A stretch of DNA of 64,000 bases from Octopus sinensis (lineage: Eukaryota). A model generated the notes under the pieces. It worked only from the letters and a program-made list of their open reading frames with translations, was not told the DNA's origin and searched no databases. The translations under genes and the position numbers were made by a program. The stretch's first letter is position 1; every line of letters begins with the position of its first letter. This document shows, one piece after another, positions 52,876 through 64,000 of this stretch. The stretch covers positions 44,268,001 to 44,332,000 of the forward strand of contig NC_043015.1 of the NCBI RefSeq assembly GCF_006345805.1, in the 5' to 3' direction.

Positions 52876-53063
52876 TGCGTGTGTATTTATGTGTTTATAT
52901 ATTACACGAATTGAATAGTACAATATTCCACTTAATGTATTTTGTAATATTTAAGCTTTGAAATAAATTATAAGTTCTTAGGCAGGTAAACATTCTCTCA
53001 CACAGAGATGCACACATCACCCACACACATAATACGCAAAAATTTATTATTTCGTACACATGT

Positions 53064-53452
53064 AGGCGCAGGAGTGATGTGTAAGTAGCTTGCTTACCAA
53101 CCCTATGGTTCCGGGTTCAGTTCCACTGCGTAGCAACCTGAGCAAGTATTTTCTACTATAGCCTCGGGCCGACCAAAGCCTTGTGAGTGGATTTGGTAGA
53201 CGGAAACTGAAAGAAGCCCGTCGTATATATGTATGTATGTATGTGTGTGTATATGTGTGTGTACCTGTGCTTGTCCCTCTAACATCACTTGACAACCAAT
53301 GCTCGTGTGTTTACGTCCCCTAACTTAGATAAAAGAGAAAGATAAAATAAGTACTAGGCTTACAAAGAATAAGTCCTGGGTTCGATCTGCTCGACTAAAG
53401 GCGGTACTCCAGCATGGCCGCAGTCGAATAACTGAAACAAGTAAAAGAAAAG
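53064..53452 (+). mobile_element. SINE family B, full length
   Basis: aggcgcaggagtgatgtgtaagtagcttgcttacc...ggttccgggttcagttcc...ctccagcatggccgcagtc...aagtaaaagaaaag. Confidence 0.9.
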
Positions 53453-53478
53453 AAATAAGAAACAAAAAGAATGTAGTG

Positions 53479-53528
<50 letters not shown>

Positions 53529-54584
53529 TTTTTATGAACACACTCATACACAGACACACACACACAGACATATGCTTGTGTTTGTATATGTATGATGTAT
53601 ACTTAAGCAGGTACATGCGTGTGTGTAAATATGTATGTATATGCACACACGTTTGTGTGTGTATATTTGTGTATAATATATGACTGTCTGTGCTTGCGCA
53701 TTGTGCGTATGTGTGCATATATTAACGTCTCATTCATATAATTCCATAAGTTTGAATCCATACCGGAATACAAATTTTCTTAACGTTTGATGTCAATGGA
53801 TTCTATGGGAAATCATCATTTAATGTAGTTACGTGTGTGTACGTATGTTTGTGTGAATGTGTAAGTATATATGCCTGCGTATCTGTGTGTGTGTGTGTTT
53901 TGTGTGGTTGCGTGTGTGTTTCTGCGTGTGTATGTGCATATATGTGCTCGTGTGTGTTTCTGCGTGTGTATGTGCGTGTGTTTGTCTCTTTTGCATTTCT
54001 CGATTCTATTCACCTGATTCTAGATTCGGATATATACACGATAAAAAGACAGGTGTCAATAGATATGTGCGATGTCGTGCTTGAAGAGAATATTTGCACA
54101 AGAAAAAAACATAATAACCAGATACTGGTGTAATAAAACCTGCTCTTCAAAATATATTCGTAGAACTGTGTGGTGCATTGTTTATTTGCATAACACAAAT
54201 ATATATATGTCCTATTCTCTTTTTTATTATTTTTTTTTCGTTATTGATTTATATCTTAATATCTTATTTACCTACTCTGGTAGATTTAGAACAATACAGC
54301 GAAAGGAGAGATCAAATTATCGTTTCACGATTCAATATTATGAAATGATAAATGAATTCAATAAAACCGAAGATGAAAATGGACAGTTAATATTTAATAT
54401 AAGATAAAAAGAAATGCAAACAAACATAATCTACATAAACGATTACTCTGCTCATATAAAAGGCGGCAAAAGTTCCTGATGAATGTTACTGATGAATAGA
54501 TGCAATTATTTATCTAAATTATATGTAAACTAAGAGCTTTGCATATGCATATGTATGTATTGTGTATATATATATATATATATA

Positions 54585-54636
54585 TAGTGTCGTGCTGATA
54601 ACGCGAATGTCGTGGGTTCGTGCCCCATACTGGCCA
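54585..54636 (+). pseudogene. 5'-truncated tRNA-Ile-like sequence with GAT anticodon (pseudogene or tRNA-derived SINE head)
   Basis: Anticodon arm TCGTG-CT-GAT-AA-CGCGA; variable loop ATGTC; T arm GTGGG-TTCGTGC-CCCAT; acceptor 3' strand ACTGGCC plus discriminator A; 5' half replaced by (TA)n. Confidence 0.7.
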
Positions 54637-54663
54637 ATGTATATATATATATATATTGCATAT

Positions 54664-54726
<63 letters not shown>

Positions 54727-54731
<5 letters not shown>

Positions 54732-54900
54732 AGATGTACTTGCATAGCAAGTGACCTGATCTGAGTCGTGTGTGGCAACGAAAACAATTGCAGCGTGGAA
54801 GTTGTTTATAAGCCATTTAAGAAACACACGAAAACCATTCAACATTTAAATTTAAGTTCCGAAAACATTTCGTCGCTTTGCGACCGCAACCTGTTCATAA
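54727..54900 (-). mobile_element. Possible Penelope-like tail with variant hammerhead-like motif (54862-54898)
   Basis: Minus strand aTGAACA-g-GTTGC-ggtcgcaaa-GCGAC-GAAA-tgttt. Confidence 0.3.
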
Positions 54901-55306
54901 ATTAATCGTTTATTCCATTTGTATCTCATTTTCATCTGTCTGTGTCTGTGCGTGTGTTTGTATTCATATATGTCATTTAGAGATAGCAGTCCCCATGCAA
55001 TTCATCAAATCCTAATATACATCACACCATATCATAGAATTTTATTTTAATACTTAGTATTTCCGTTCCAAATTTCTCTTCTACACATGTTTCATGAGGT
55101 GCGTTTAACGTTCCCGAGACCCTCAGTCTTTTTCATAACTTATCAATAATTCTATAACTATTCCTATATTTTCACATTTTGTCAGTTACGAATGTAACTA
55201 ACTAACATGCGGGTGTGGAAATAAATTCGCCGAACCTTGCCGTGCAAGCGATAATTTAATTGATTAAAAATTTTAAACTAAGATCAATCGTGACTTATGT
55301 ATATAT

Positions 55307-55704
55307 GGGCTCAAGTGTGGCTGTGTGGTAAGAACCTTCCTTCCCATCTACATGGTCCTAAGTTCAATGTCTCTTCTATTATAGATGGAGGCAACCAAAA
55401 CCTTGTGAGTAGATTTGGTAAAGGGAACCTAACAAAAGCACCTCACAATTTGTATATATATGTATGTATATTTATGTGTGTGTATCTTTATGTCTGTGTT
55501 TGCCGCTCCATCACCGCTTGGCAACCGGTCTTGAGGTGTTTACATCACAATAGCTTTGTGGTTCGGTAAAAAAAAAAGGCTAATAGAATAAGTGTTATGC
55601 CTGAAAATGAGACCTGTTGTCGATTTGTTCGACTAAAACCATTCAAGGCAGTGCTCCAGCATGGCCACAGTCAAATGACTGAAACAAGTAAAAGAGTAAA
55701 AGAA
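55307..55704 (+). mobile_element. Diverged SINE family B-like copy
   Basis: gtgtggctgtgtggtaagaacc...ccttgtgagtagatttggtaaagggaac...gtgctccagcatggccacagtcaaatgactgaaacaagtaaaagagtaaaag. Confidence 0.85.
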
Positions 55705-55708
55705 TACA

Positions 55709-55756
<48 letters not shown>

Positions 55757-55952
55757 TGAAAATGAGATGACAATGGGATAAACGATTATTTTATGAACTT
55801 CAGTAGGCTATAGCTCTTTCCGTCTATAAATGCAGTGGACTTATAGCCTGATTACACATTACATTAAGTTCTACTGACTCATCTCGCTAATTTGGCCCCC
55901 ATCTGTATATTATCATGCACGCACTCACACATACACATACACACACATACAC

Positions 55953-56212
55953 ATCATCATCATCATTGTTCGACCGTGGTCGAGACTTTCATAGTCTTTT
56001 CAAATGGCTAATAATGTGTGCGCGCGCCACTACTACACACATTGGAAAGTATTGTACAACCAAGTACTAAAGAAGATCTTTCCTCCTCCATGAAACAAAG
56101 CTGTTCCCGCTGGATGTCAACCCAGTATTTCTAAGCTACGGACCCAGTGATTTATTGTAAGGTTATCTCCCTAGATAGATTGCCTTCACTACGGCTAAGG
56201 AGCCCTGTCTAC
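55953..56212 (-). mobile_element. Probable LINE (RTE-like) terminal fragment ending in (CAT)n
   Basis: catcatcatcatcattgttcgaccgtggtcgagac...ggttatctccctagatagattgcc...ggctaaggagccctgtctaccc; family assignment from recollection only. Confidence 0.35.
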
Positions 56213-56308
56213 CCCATACACATACACATACATGCATACATACACACAGATATATATATGTATATATATATATATACAAATGTATGTATATATGTGTGTG
56301 TGTGTGCT

Positions 56309-56557
56309 GAGGAGTGTGCGTTAGTGGTTAGAATGTTGGACTCATGATCGTAAGTTTGCGGTTTCGATTCCTGGACTAGGTGGGGCATTGTGTTCTTGAA
56401 AAAAACACTTCATTTGTCATTACACCAGTTCACTCAGCTTGCGAAAATGAGTAATCCTGCGATGAACTGGCGTACTGTCCAGGCGGGGAAAATATACATC
56501 ATAGAAACCGGAAAACCAGAGAACCAGCCATCATGCGCCAGGCATGACTCGAGAAAG
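56309..56557 (+). mobile_element. SINE with family D-type head/core and a different tail (D2)
   Basis: ttagtggttagaatgttggactcatgatcg...gtttcgattcctggac...gtgttcttga...ccagttcactcagct...aaatgagt, then gcgatgaactggcgtactgtccagg...gaaaccggaaaacc. Confidence 0.7.
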
Positions 56558-56667
56558 AATCATTATATATATATTGATTCATATATGTATATGTGTGTAT
56601 GTGTGTTTGTATGTGTAGGTATGCATACATATATATAATTCTTACGGTGTATATATCTCTGTTATTG

Positions 56668-56830
56668 CACTGTGGTTGTGTTGAGGCACCGCCTCGGAGA
56701 ATTTTTAGTCAAATTAATCGATCCCAGCACCTTTTTAACCCTTGTACTTTTCTATCGATCAGTTTTACCGAAACGCTAAGTCACAGGGAGGTAAACACTC
56801 TAAAATCAGTCGTTAAATGTCAGTTGAAAT
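56668..56830 (-). mobile_element. Decayed SINE family B tail
   Basis: gcaccgcc...tttagtcaaattaatcgatcccagcac...tttctatcgatcagttttaccgaaacgctaagtcacagggaggtaaacac. Confidence 0.65.
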
Positions 56831-56935
56831 GGGGAGGGGTCGCTCGGCGAACACACGCACACGCATTTATATATATATATAGGAAATTAAAAAATGAAAA
56901 TACGCACACTTACATGGTTTTAATATAATTTTTAA

Positions 56936-56972
56936 TATATCGACCGGTTTCGCTATCGCTATTCATGATATA
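56936..56972 (-). ncRNA. Minimal hammerhead-like fold with non-canonical core
   Basis: Minus strand tatatc-ATGAATA-gc-gata-gc-GAAAC-cg-GTC-gatata: 6-bp stem I, 2-bp stem II and GUC triplet, but core AUGAAUA instead of CUGANGA. Confidence 0.3.
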
Positions 56973-57339
56973 TATATATGTGTGTGTGTGTGTAGTATGT
57001 ATGTTTCTATGATGTAAATATACATATGGGTGTATTTATCTATAGATAGCAAGATAGGTAATGATGCATATATGCAAATAAACACGACTGAGGTCGATAT
57101 CTAAAATACATATACATATATGTAAATATATAAGGAGATATCTACGGAGAAATAAAAGATTAGTATATTCAGGTTTAGCAGGTTCAAATCTCGGGTTCGG
57201 TCGACCGAAGCAATAGTGGAAGGCACCTGTCCAGTGTGTTACATTGAATCCCAATTTCAATTTCGTCAACGGTTCGTGTGTCATTGCATTGCCCAGCAGC
57301 TACTTACAATTTAATTGCACAAAAATGTTGTTCCATTGT

Positions 57340-57357
57340 ACAGACACACACACACAA

Positions 57358-57391
<34 letters not shown>

Positions 57392-57451
57392 GTATATATA
57401 TACATACACATACATACATGCGTAAATTATATGTTTATATGTATGTGTCCG

Positions 57452-57490
<39 letters not shown>

Positions 57491-57561
57491 CGAGAGACAG
57501 ACAGAGATAGATATACAAATATATTTATACACATACACACACATAGGAAGGATATTTCGTG

Positions 57562-57614
<53 letters not shown>

Positions 57615-58396
57615 TAATATAACAATATAATATTATATATCCATTTCTCTCTCTCTCTCTCTCTATCTCTCTTTCTCTCTACTATACATACATATATACA
57701 TACATGTACGTATATACATACATGTATATAAATCATACCACAGGAGAAAGAACCCGTTCCTATGCAGATGATCGTAAAATTGTAAATCGGTTCTGAAAGA
57801 GGTAATGAAATAATACTACCACGAATATCTCACTGAGATAATGGTCTGCTATTTAAATAATATATGTCACTAATGGAACCTACGTATCCGTAAAATTTTG
57901 ACGCAGGGAGGTCAATACACACGCAAAAAAAACAAAAACAAAAAAAGAAAACAATTGCTTCTTTCAAGAGAGAGAAAAGTGGGCCTTTTAGAGGTTAAGT
58001 ATAAAGGTCCTAAGTCGCTTTAATAAAGATCATAAAGGGTAGGAAGTTTTCTATTAAAATAACTGTTTTAAAGATCGAAAGCAAACTCAGACTCTACAAG
58101 GGAGAAAAGTAAACCATGTCAGAAATGCAAAAGGGAAAACCATATGGCTGGTCTTGGAGGGTGAAGCACCTACCATTCCGGTTTAAAGGTATACCAATTC
58201 CCCAAATGGATGCCACTGCATTGAGAAAAATATATCACACACTCTATATAGAGTACAGATACAAAGCTATATCAGTTAGGGTCAGATAACCATAATTTTC
58301 TGATTACTTGCCAAATATCACGAGGGAATCTTTAATGACCCTACAACGTATATATATATATTATATATATATATGTATATATATATGTATATATGC

Positions 58397-58459
<63 letters not shown>

Positions 58460-58460
58460 T
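57340..58460. repeat. (CA)n/(TA)n/(CT)n microsatellite tracts
   Basis: Tracts ~57340-57730 and ~58330-58456. Confidence 0.85.
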
Positions 58461-58544
58461 ATATATAAGCATCTGTGTGTGTACGTGTGTACGCACACAC
58501 AAACTCACATATATAGATGAAAATATGTGTGCGTGTGTGTGTCG

Positions 58545-58745
58545 TTGTGTCTCTGTTTCTCCCTTAGCTTCGCCTGTCAACCGTAGCCTAGCGCTTCAGC
58601 AAAAAGACACAGATAGAATATTTAACGGATTTTTAAAAAAATATGTACTGGTGTCGATTCATTCGACTAATGCTTCCCTAAGGTGGTACGCCTGTATGGC
58701 TGCAGGCTAACGACTGAAAGAGGTAAAAGATAAAAGTTAAAAGAT
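58545..58745 (+). mobile_element. Decayed SINE family B tail
   Basis: cttcgcctgtcaaccg...tagcgcttcagcaaaaagacacagatagaata...gtcgattcattcgactaa...gcatggctgcag-like...gactgaaagaggtaaaagataaaag. Confidence 0.65.
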
Positions 58746-58759
58746 CTGTGTATATATAG

Positions 58760-58915
58760 CTGAAATTTACAGAAAGACGAAGGCAAGTGTATGAACAACA
58801 AACAGGTGTATTAGTTTAACGCTAGGGAAAGTGAGAAGGTATTTTACATTTCGAGCCTACGCTCTTCAACAGAAAGGAATAAGAGAAATTAAACAGAGAG
58901 AGAATAAAAATAAAG
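58760..58915 (-). mobile_element. Family E-like retroposon copy
   Basis: aaagacgaaggcaagtg...caaacaggtgtattagtttaacgct...acatttcgagcctacgctcttcaacagaaagg. Confidence 0.75.
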
Positions 58916-58970
58916 AAAACTTGTAGATTTAGTGACCAAGCATGGCAGCTGGTTGGGAGTAAAAAGGTTT

Positions 58971-59090
58971 GACAGGAGAGCTAGAAGGGCGGGGACATTG
59001 GAAGACAGGAACGCTAGACAGACGGGGACATTGGAAGACAGGAATGCTAGACAGACGGCGACATTGGAAGACAGGAAAGCTAGAAAGACG
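58971..59090. repeat. 33-bp minisatellite, ~3.6 copies
   Basis: gacagga recurs at 58971, 59004, 59037 and 59070; unit gacaggaacgctagacagacggggacattggaa. Confidence 0.9.
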
Positions 59091-59408
59091 AGGAAGTATT
59101 GGTGATCCCCAAAACGAAGACGAACGTGCGCGTGTATGTGCGATTATTTACCTGTGTGTAGTTAGGAGCTGGTGACTTTGACGTGTGGATATGTGTGTGT
59201 GGGTGTGCGGATGACGATGTGTGGAGTAGATGGTGGTGTGCTGCTGGGAAGTGGTCAGTGCTAGTGGGTGTAGTGTGGGGAGATGTGGTGGTGTAGTGGT
59301 GTGTGGTGCGATGTGGGGGTGTGAGGATGGTGTGGTATGGCGGTATATATATATATATATATACATACCTACATACATACATATATACATACATACACAC
59401 AGACACAC

Positions 59409-59523
<115 letters not shown>

Positions 59524-60176
59524 CATATACACATACATACATACATGCATATATATATATGTTGATTTATCCCAATTCTAATCTACATAGAAATATACGA
59601 ATATTGTATGTGGGCGTGTTTGCGAGCGTGGGTGTTTTCGTAAATAGTGTAGTAAGAATAAATAGTTGATACGTGTTTTTATAGATACATACTCAGTTAT
59701 ATATCTAAATACATACGTTCATTATTCACGATTAGTCTACACAAATGCTTAGACGTGCAAAATAATAATTAGATTCGTGGACTGCTGTTTTATCACGATC
59801 TATTCAATTAAGCAAAGTCGTTTTTAGTGTTCTCCACAACGAAACACAATATATAATTCTTGATGTAATGTTTTGCATGCCGCAGCTTATTAGTATGCGA
59901 TCTGTAAAGAATAATATATGTGATGTTACACAGTAGGGAAAGACGAACACCCGTGTATATTTATATACACAAATGTATAAACTCGCTCATGCGCGCACAC
60001 CGACGCTCACACACATTGAGGGAAAGATGTATATAAATAGATAGATAAAGTGCAAGATATAGGTAGACATGTTGACAGAGAAATATATATATAGATAGAT
60101 ACAGAGAGATACATAGAAACTGAAAGAGACAGATATAAATATATATATATTATATATATATATATATATATACATG

Positions 60177-60221
<45 letters not shown>

Positions 60222-60223
<2 letters not shown>

Positions 60224-60418
60224 TGGAGGCGCAATGGCCCAGTGGTTAGGGCAGCGGATTCGCGGTCGTAGGATCGCGGTTTCGATTCCTAGACCGGGCG
60301 TTGTGAGTCTTTATTGAGCGAAAACACAGCGGGGTGGCGTCATTCGAAGGCTAAAACAATGCGAACGCATTGTGACCAGCGATGTGTAACAACATCTGAT
60401 GGTCTGGTCGGTCACGTG
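60222..60418 (+). mobile_element. SINE C2 (family C tRNA head with a short alternative tail), copy 1
   Basis: ggtggaggcgcaatggcccagtggttagggcagcgg...gagcgaaaacac, then agcggggtggcgtcattcgaaggc...ggtctggtcggtcacgtg. Confidence 0.9.
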
Positions 60419-60534
60419 ATATATATATATATATTGTATATATATATACGTGATATATATATATATATATTTGTATTATATATATATATATATATATACA
60501 TTTATATATAATATATATATAAATAAATATATAC

Positions 60535-60565
<31 letters not shown>

Positions 60566-60636
60566 GATAGATAGATACAGAGAGATACATAGAAACTGAA
60601 AGAGACAGATATAAATATATATATATATATATATAT

Positions 60637-60833
60637 GGTGGAGGCGCAATGGCCCATTGGTTAGGGCAGCGGATTCGCGGTCGTAGGATCGCGGTTTCGA
60701 TTCCTAGACCGGGCGTTGTGAGTCTTTATTGAGCGAAAACACAGCGGGGTGGCGTCATTCGAAGGCTAAAACAATGCGAACGCATTGTGACCAGCGATGT
60801 GTAACAACATCTGATGGTCTGGTCGGTCACGTA
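60637..60833 (+). mobile_element. SINE C2, copy 2
   Basis: Same 197 bp as copy 1 except ggcccattgg and cacgta. Confidence 0.9.
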
Positions 60834-60917
60834 ATATATATATATATTTGTATATATATATACGTGATATATATATATATATATTTGTAATATATATATA
60901 TATATATATATATATAT

Positions 60918-61114
60918 GGTGGAGGCGCAATGGCCCATTGGTTAGGGCAGCGGATTCGCGGTCGTAGGATCGCGGTTTCGATTCCTAGACCGGGCGTTGT
61001 GAGTCTTTATTGAGCGAAAACACAGCGGGGTGGCGTCATTCGAAGGCTAAAACAATGCGAACGCATTGTGACCAGCGATGTGTAACAACATCTGATGGTC
61101 TGGTCGGTCACGTA
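60918..61114 (+). mobile_element. SINE C2, copy 3
   Basis: Identical by eye to copy 2. Confidence 0.9.
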
Positions 61115-61256
61115 ATATATATATATATTTGTATATATATATACGTGATATATATATATATATATTTGTATATATATATATATACATGCATACATACATA
61201 TATATATATATACATTTATATATAAATATATATATATAATATATATATATATATAG

Positions 61257-61258
61257 AG

Positions 61259-61312
<54 letters not shown>
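61257..61312. repeat. (GATA)n microsatellite
   Basis: Direct reading. Confidence 0.95.
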
Positions 61313-61313
<1 letters not shown>

Positions 61314-62354
61314 AGTATTAATGTCACGGCTATTTGTGATTTGCGTAGAACCTCACTTTATCAAGTTTTCGTTGGTCTACCGAAAGCCTTTGCTATGGTG
61401 ACAACCGAAGTGTGTTGATATATCTGTCAAACTGTACAATATTATGAAGGCCGACATTAATCAAATAATGTGGTGTTGATAAAAATAAAAAGCTTGCATT
61501 GCACAGTTACGTTAAATAGTTGTGATATACCAGTGTCTTCATTGCAATTTGCATACCTGGCAGTTATAGTTGCTTATACATTTACAGTCCGTATCCTAGG
61601 CACCCTTGTCTTCTATCGCACAAGAGGTAAACTACTTCATACTTGTTTTAAAGCTAAATCAAAGGCATCTTCCACTCTAATTCGACATTTATTGCGTACT
61701 GACGAATGTGGTCTTCTTGTTGAATCCCAGCAAGATATGCGTCTCTATTGCTGTTATGCTTATATTAATGATGAAAAAATTAGGACTCTGTATATACCTG
61801 TCTCATGAATGAAGTATATGTAACTATATATATAATTGTCCAACAGACAAGACCGCATGCAGTCGATTTTTTTCCTTATCTTCGTAGCTATGCTTCCAGT
61901 GGTAAATTCCTAGTTTCTGAAATTAATTTAAGGATTGGGAAGGCTTCAATTCCTTGTGAGACTCACAAGGAACGATCCTGACAGACAGCAACTTTAAATT
62001 TTCTACATATATTTGTTTCTATGATGCTTGCGTCATCACACCTTTGCTATATTGATATGACGCATGTAATAAAATGCTCCAGGTATTTAAGCATTGTACG
62101 AGATCGCAGTATTGAAAACCGAAGTGTATCGTGTGGGCAAGATTAGTCCTTTTTCCACACTGCACCGATTGATACATAACTCCTGATGATGGTAAACTTC
62201 GAATGGTATATTGTGGTAAACCCAATAACCAAGACCAGTCACGCCTTATATGTAAGTTTGTATATATATTAGGTTATGTATAAACATATTTATACATACA
62301 TACACACACATACACACACACAAACCAATGTACACATGCATACGTACCACAGAG

Positions 62355-62525
62355 ATTTAAAATTTAAAGAAAACAGAAGATAGGTGAAGGAATAACAAGC
62401 AGGTATAACAGTTTAACGCTTGGAAAGATATCTTCAACGTTTCGAGCCTACGCTCTTCACCAGACAGGATTGAGAGGGGGAAAGAAAACTGTGAGTGAAG
62501 GGGGAAAACTGAGAGAGAAAAGATG
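62355..62525 (-). mobile_element. Family E-like retroposon copy
   Basis: aacagtttaacgcttggaaagatatcttcaacgtttcgagcctacgctcttcaccagacagg. Confidence 0.7.
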
Positions 62526-62544
62526 TGTAGGGATTAATGGTTCA

Positions 62545-62553
62545 ACGTGATGA

Positions 62554-62590
<37 letters not shown>

Positions 62591-62915
62591 CATGCATATA
62601 TACATACACACAAATCTCTCACTGTCCCTCTCTCTTTAGCTGTCTATCTTTCTATCCATCTTTCTATCTCTCTAAATTATTATGTATGTGTGTATGCGTG
62701 CGTGTGTGTACGTGTGTGTATGTGCGTCTGTGCATGTGTGAGTGTGTGTTCGAGATATGCGTTTGTATACATCTCACAGACACAGGGCAGCATACACAAA
62801 CACAAACACGCACAAACATACACACACGCATACGCACACACACATATGCACACACACATACGCACACACACATATGCACGCACACATACGCACACACACA
62901 CACACACACATACGG
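62545..62915. repeat. (TA)n/(TG)n/(CA)n compound microsatellite
   Basis: Direct reading. Confidence 0.85.
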
Positions 62916-63676
62916 ACAGGCAATTATATACAGAGATTTATTCACAATTGTGAAATCAATTCATGTATGTATGCCACGCGTGGATGTGTTTGTTTGTGCA
63001 TGCATCAGCTCCGTGGTTTGTGTGTGCCCGTGTATTTTGCCCGTGCGCGTGTATCCCTCATGTATCTTGGATTTATATTTCCACAAACCTGAAAAAGAAA
63101 ACGAACAACACGCCTCGTTTAACATGTGATCATGCATTTACATTTAGTTACATATTCACAAAATAAATCATATTTCTAAATATTACTAATTTAATAGAAA
63201 TACGAAACACGCAATCAAAAACTCTTTGCTGTCGTGTATGAAAATACAGTTAAATTATTTTTATCCAATGTAATAATAAAACGGTTTTACTATTTTTTAT
63301 CGATTATTTCCTATGCACGTATTCCGTTTACAAACACGTGATTTTTCTCTTAATTTTTGCTTGTCTTTACTTGTTGCAAATGACCATTTTAAATATGAAA
63401 TTGGTGTTTTTCATACCGGGTACGTTAGAATTATTTGCAAGAAAGCAGAATTTTCTTGGCTGGCAATCAAATAACGCTTTGAGCAAATAATCTTCTAGTC
63501 TGTCCTTTTTTTTTTATATAGCGGAGTACATTTGCTCGCATATTTCATTTCAATTTAATTCCACATCATTTCATTTAATTTTCTATAAATATTTGCATTT
63601 TAGTTACTGCATGCTATTATTTATTACTGATGTAGTTGTTATTACTATTACAATAACTTTTTATTGTTATCACTGC

Positions 63677-63685
63677 TATTATTAC

Positions 63686-63739
<54 letters not shown>

Positions 63740-63998
63740 CATCATCATCATCATCACCATCATCATCACCATCACCATCACCATCACCATCCTCATCATC
63801 ATCATAAACATCATCATCATCAGCATCAGCATCATCATCATCATCATCATCATCATAAACATCATCACCATCAGCAGCATCATCATCATCATCATCAGCA
63901 GCATCATCATAAACATCATCAGCAGCAGCATCATCATCATCATCACCATCACCATCACCAACACCATCATCGTCATCACCATCATCATCATCATCATA
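63677..63998. repeat. (TTA)n followed by (TCA)n/(CAT)n trinucleotide array
   Basis: Direct reading; explains the Met/Ile-rich ORF 63617-63997. Confidence 0.95.
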
Positions 63999-64000
63999 AA

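Noticed and set aside
54474-54500. Two adjacent CTGATGA motifs (also single ones near 36975 and 62183)
   Set aside because: No correctly placed stem II plus GAAA and no stem III, so not hammerheads; no C/D box partner structure seen.

Overview
AT-rich, repeat-dominated eukaryotic DNA with no protein-coding gene or intact exon that I can support. Nearly all long ORFs in the track are translations of microsatellites. The repeat landscape (very dense (TA)n/(CA)n/(CATA)n/(GAT)n tracts and several tRNA-derived SINE families) looks like an octopus/coleoid cephalopod intron or intergenic region. That taxon is inferred from my recollection of the SINE sequences, not from a search. Contents: (i) about 35 copies or fragments of at least four tRNA-derived SINE lineages (labelled A-D here), several with clear target-site duplications (TSDs) and with exchanged heads and tails; (ii) a cluster of short non-autonomous Helitrons at 23.8-27.3 kb; (iii) two decayed mariner transposase remnants and DNA-transposon ends; (iv) a short retroposed family (E) and other Penelope-like tails carrying minimal hammerhead-ribozyme motifs, the best being a canonical CUGAAGA/GAAA/GUC fold at 37554-37643; (v) a ~1.02-kb-period tandem duplication and a triplicated SINE bounded by (TA)n; (vi) isolated hairpins, a 5'-truncated tRNA-Ile(GAT)-like sequence, and an Asp/Gly-Ser-Gly-Gly low-complexity reading frame. 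The most interesting signal is the dispersed set of about a dozen hammerhead-like motifs of different sequence, from canonical to variant or decayed cores. All folds and alignments were done by eye; coordinates of decayed repeats are approximate.
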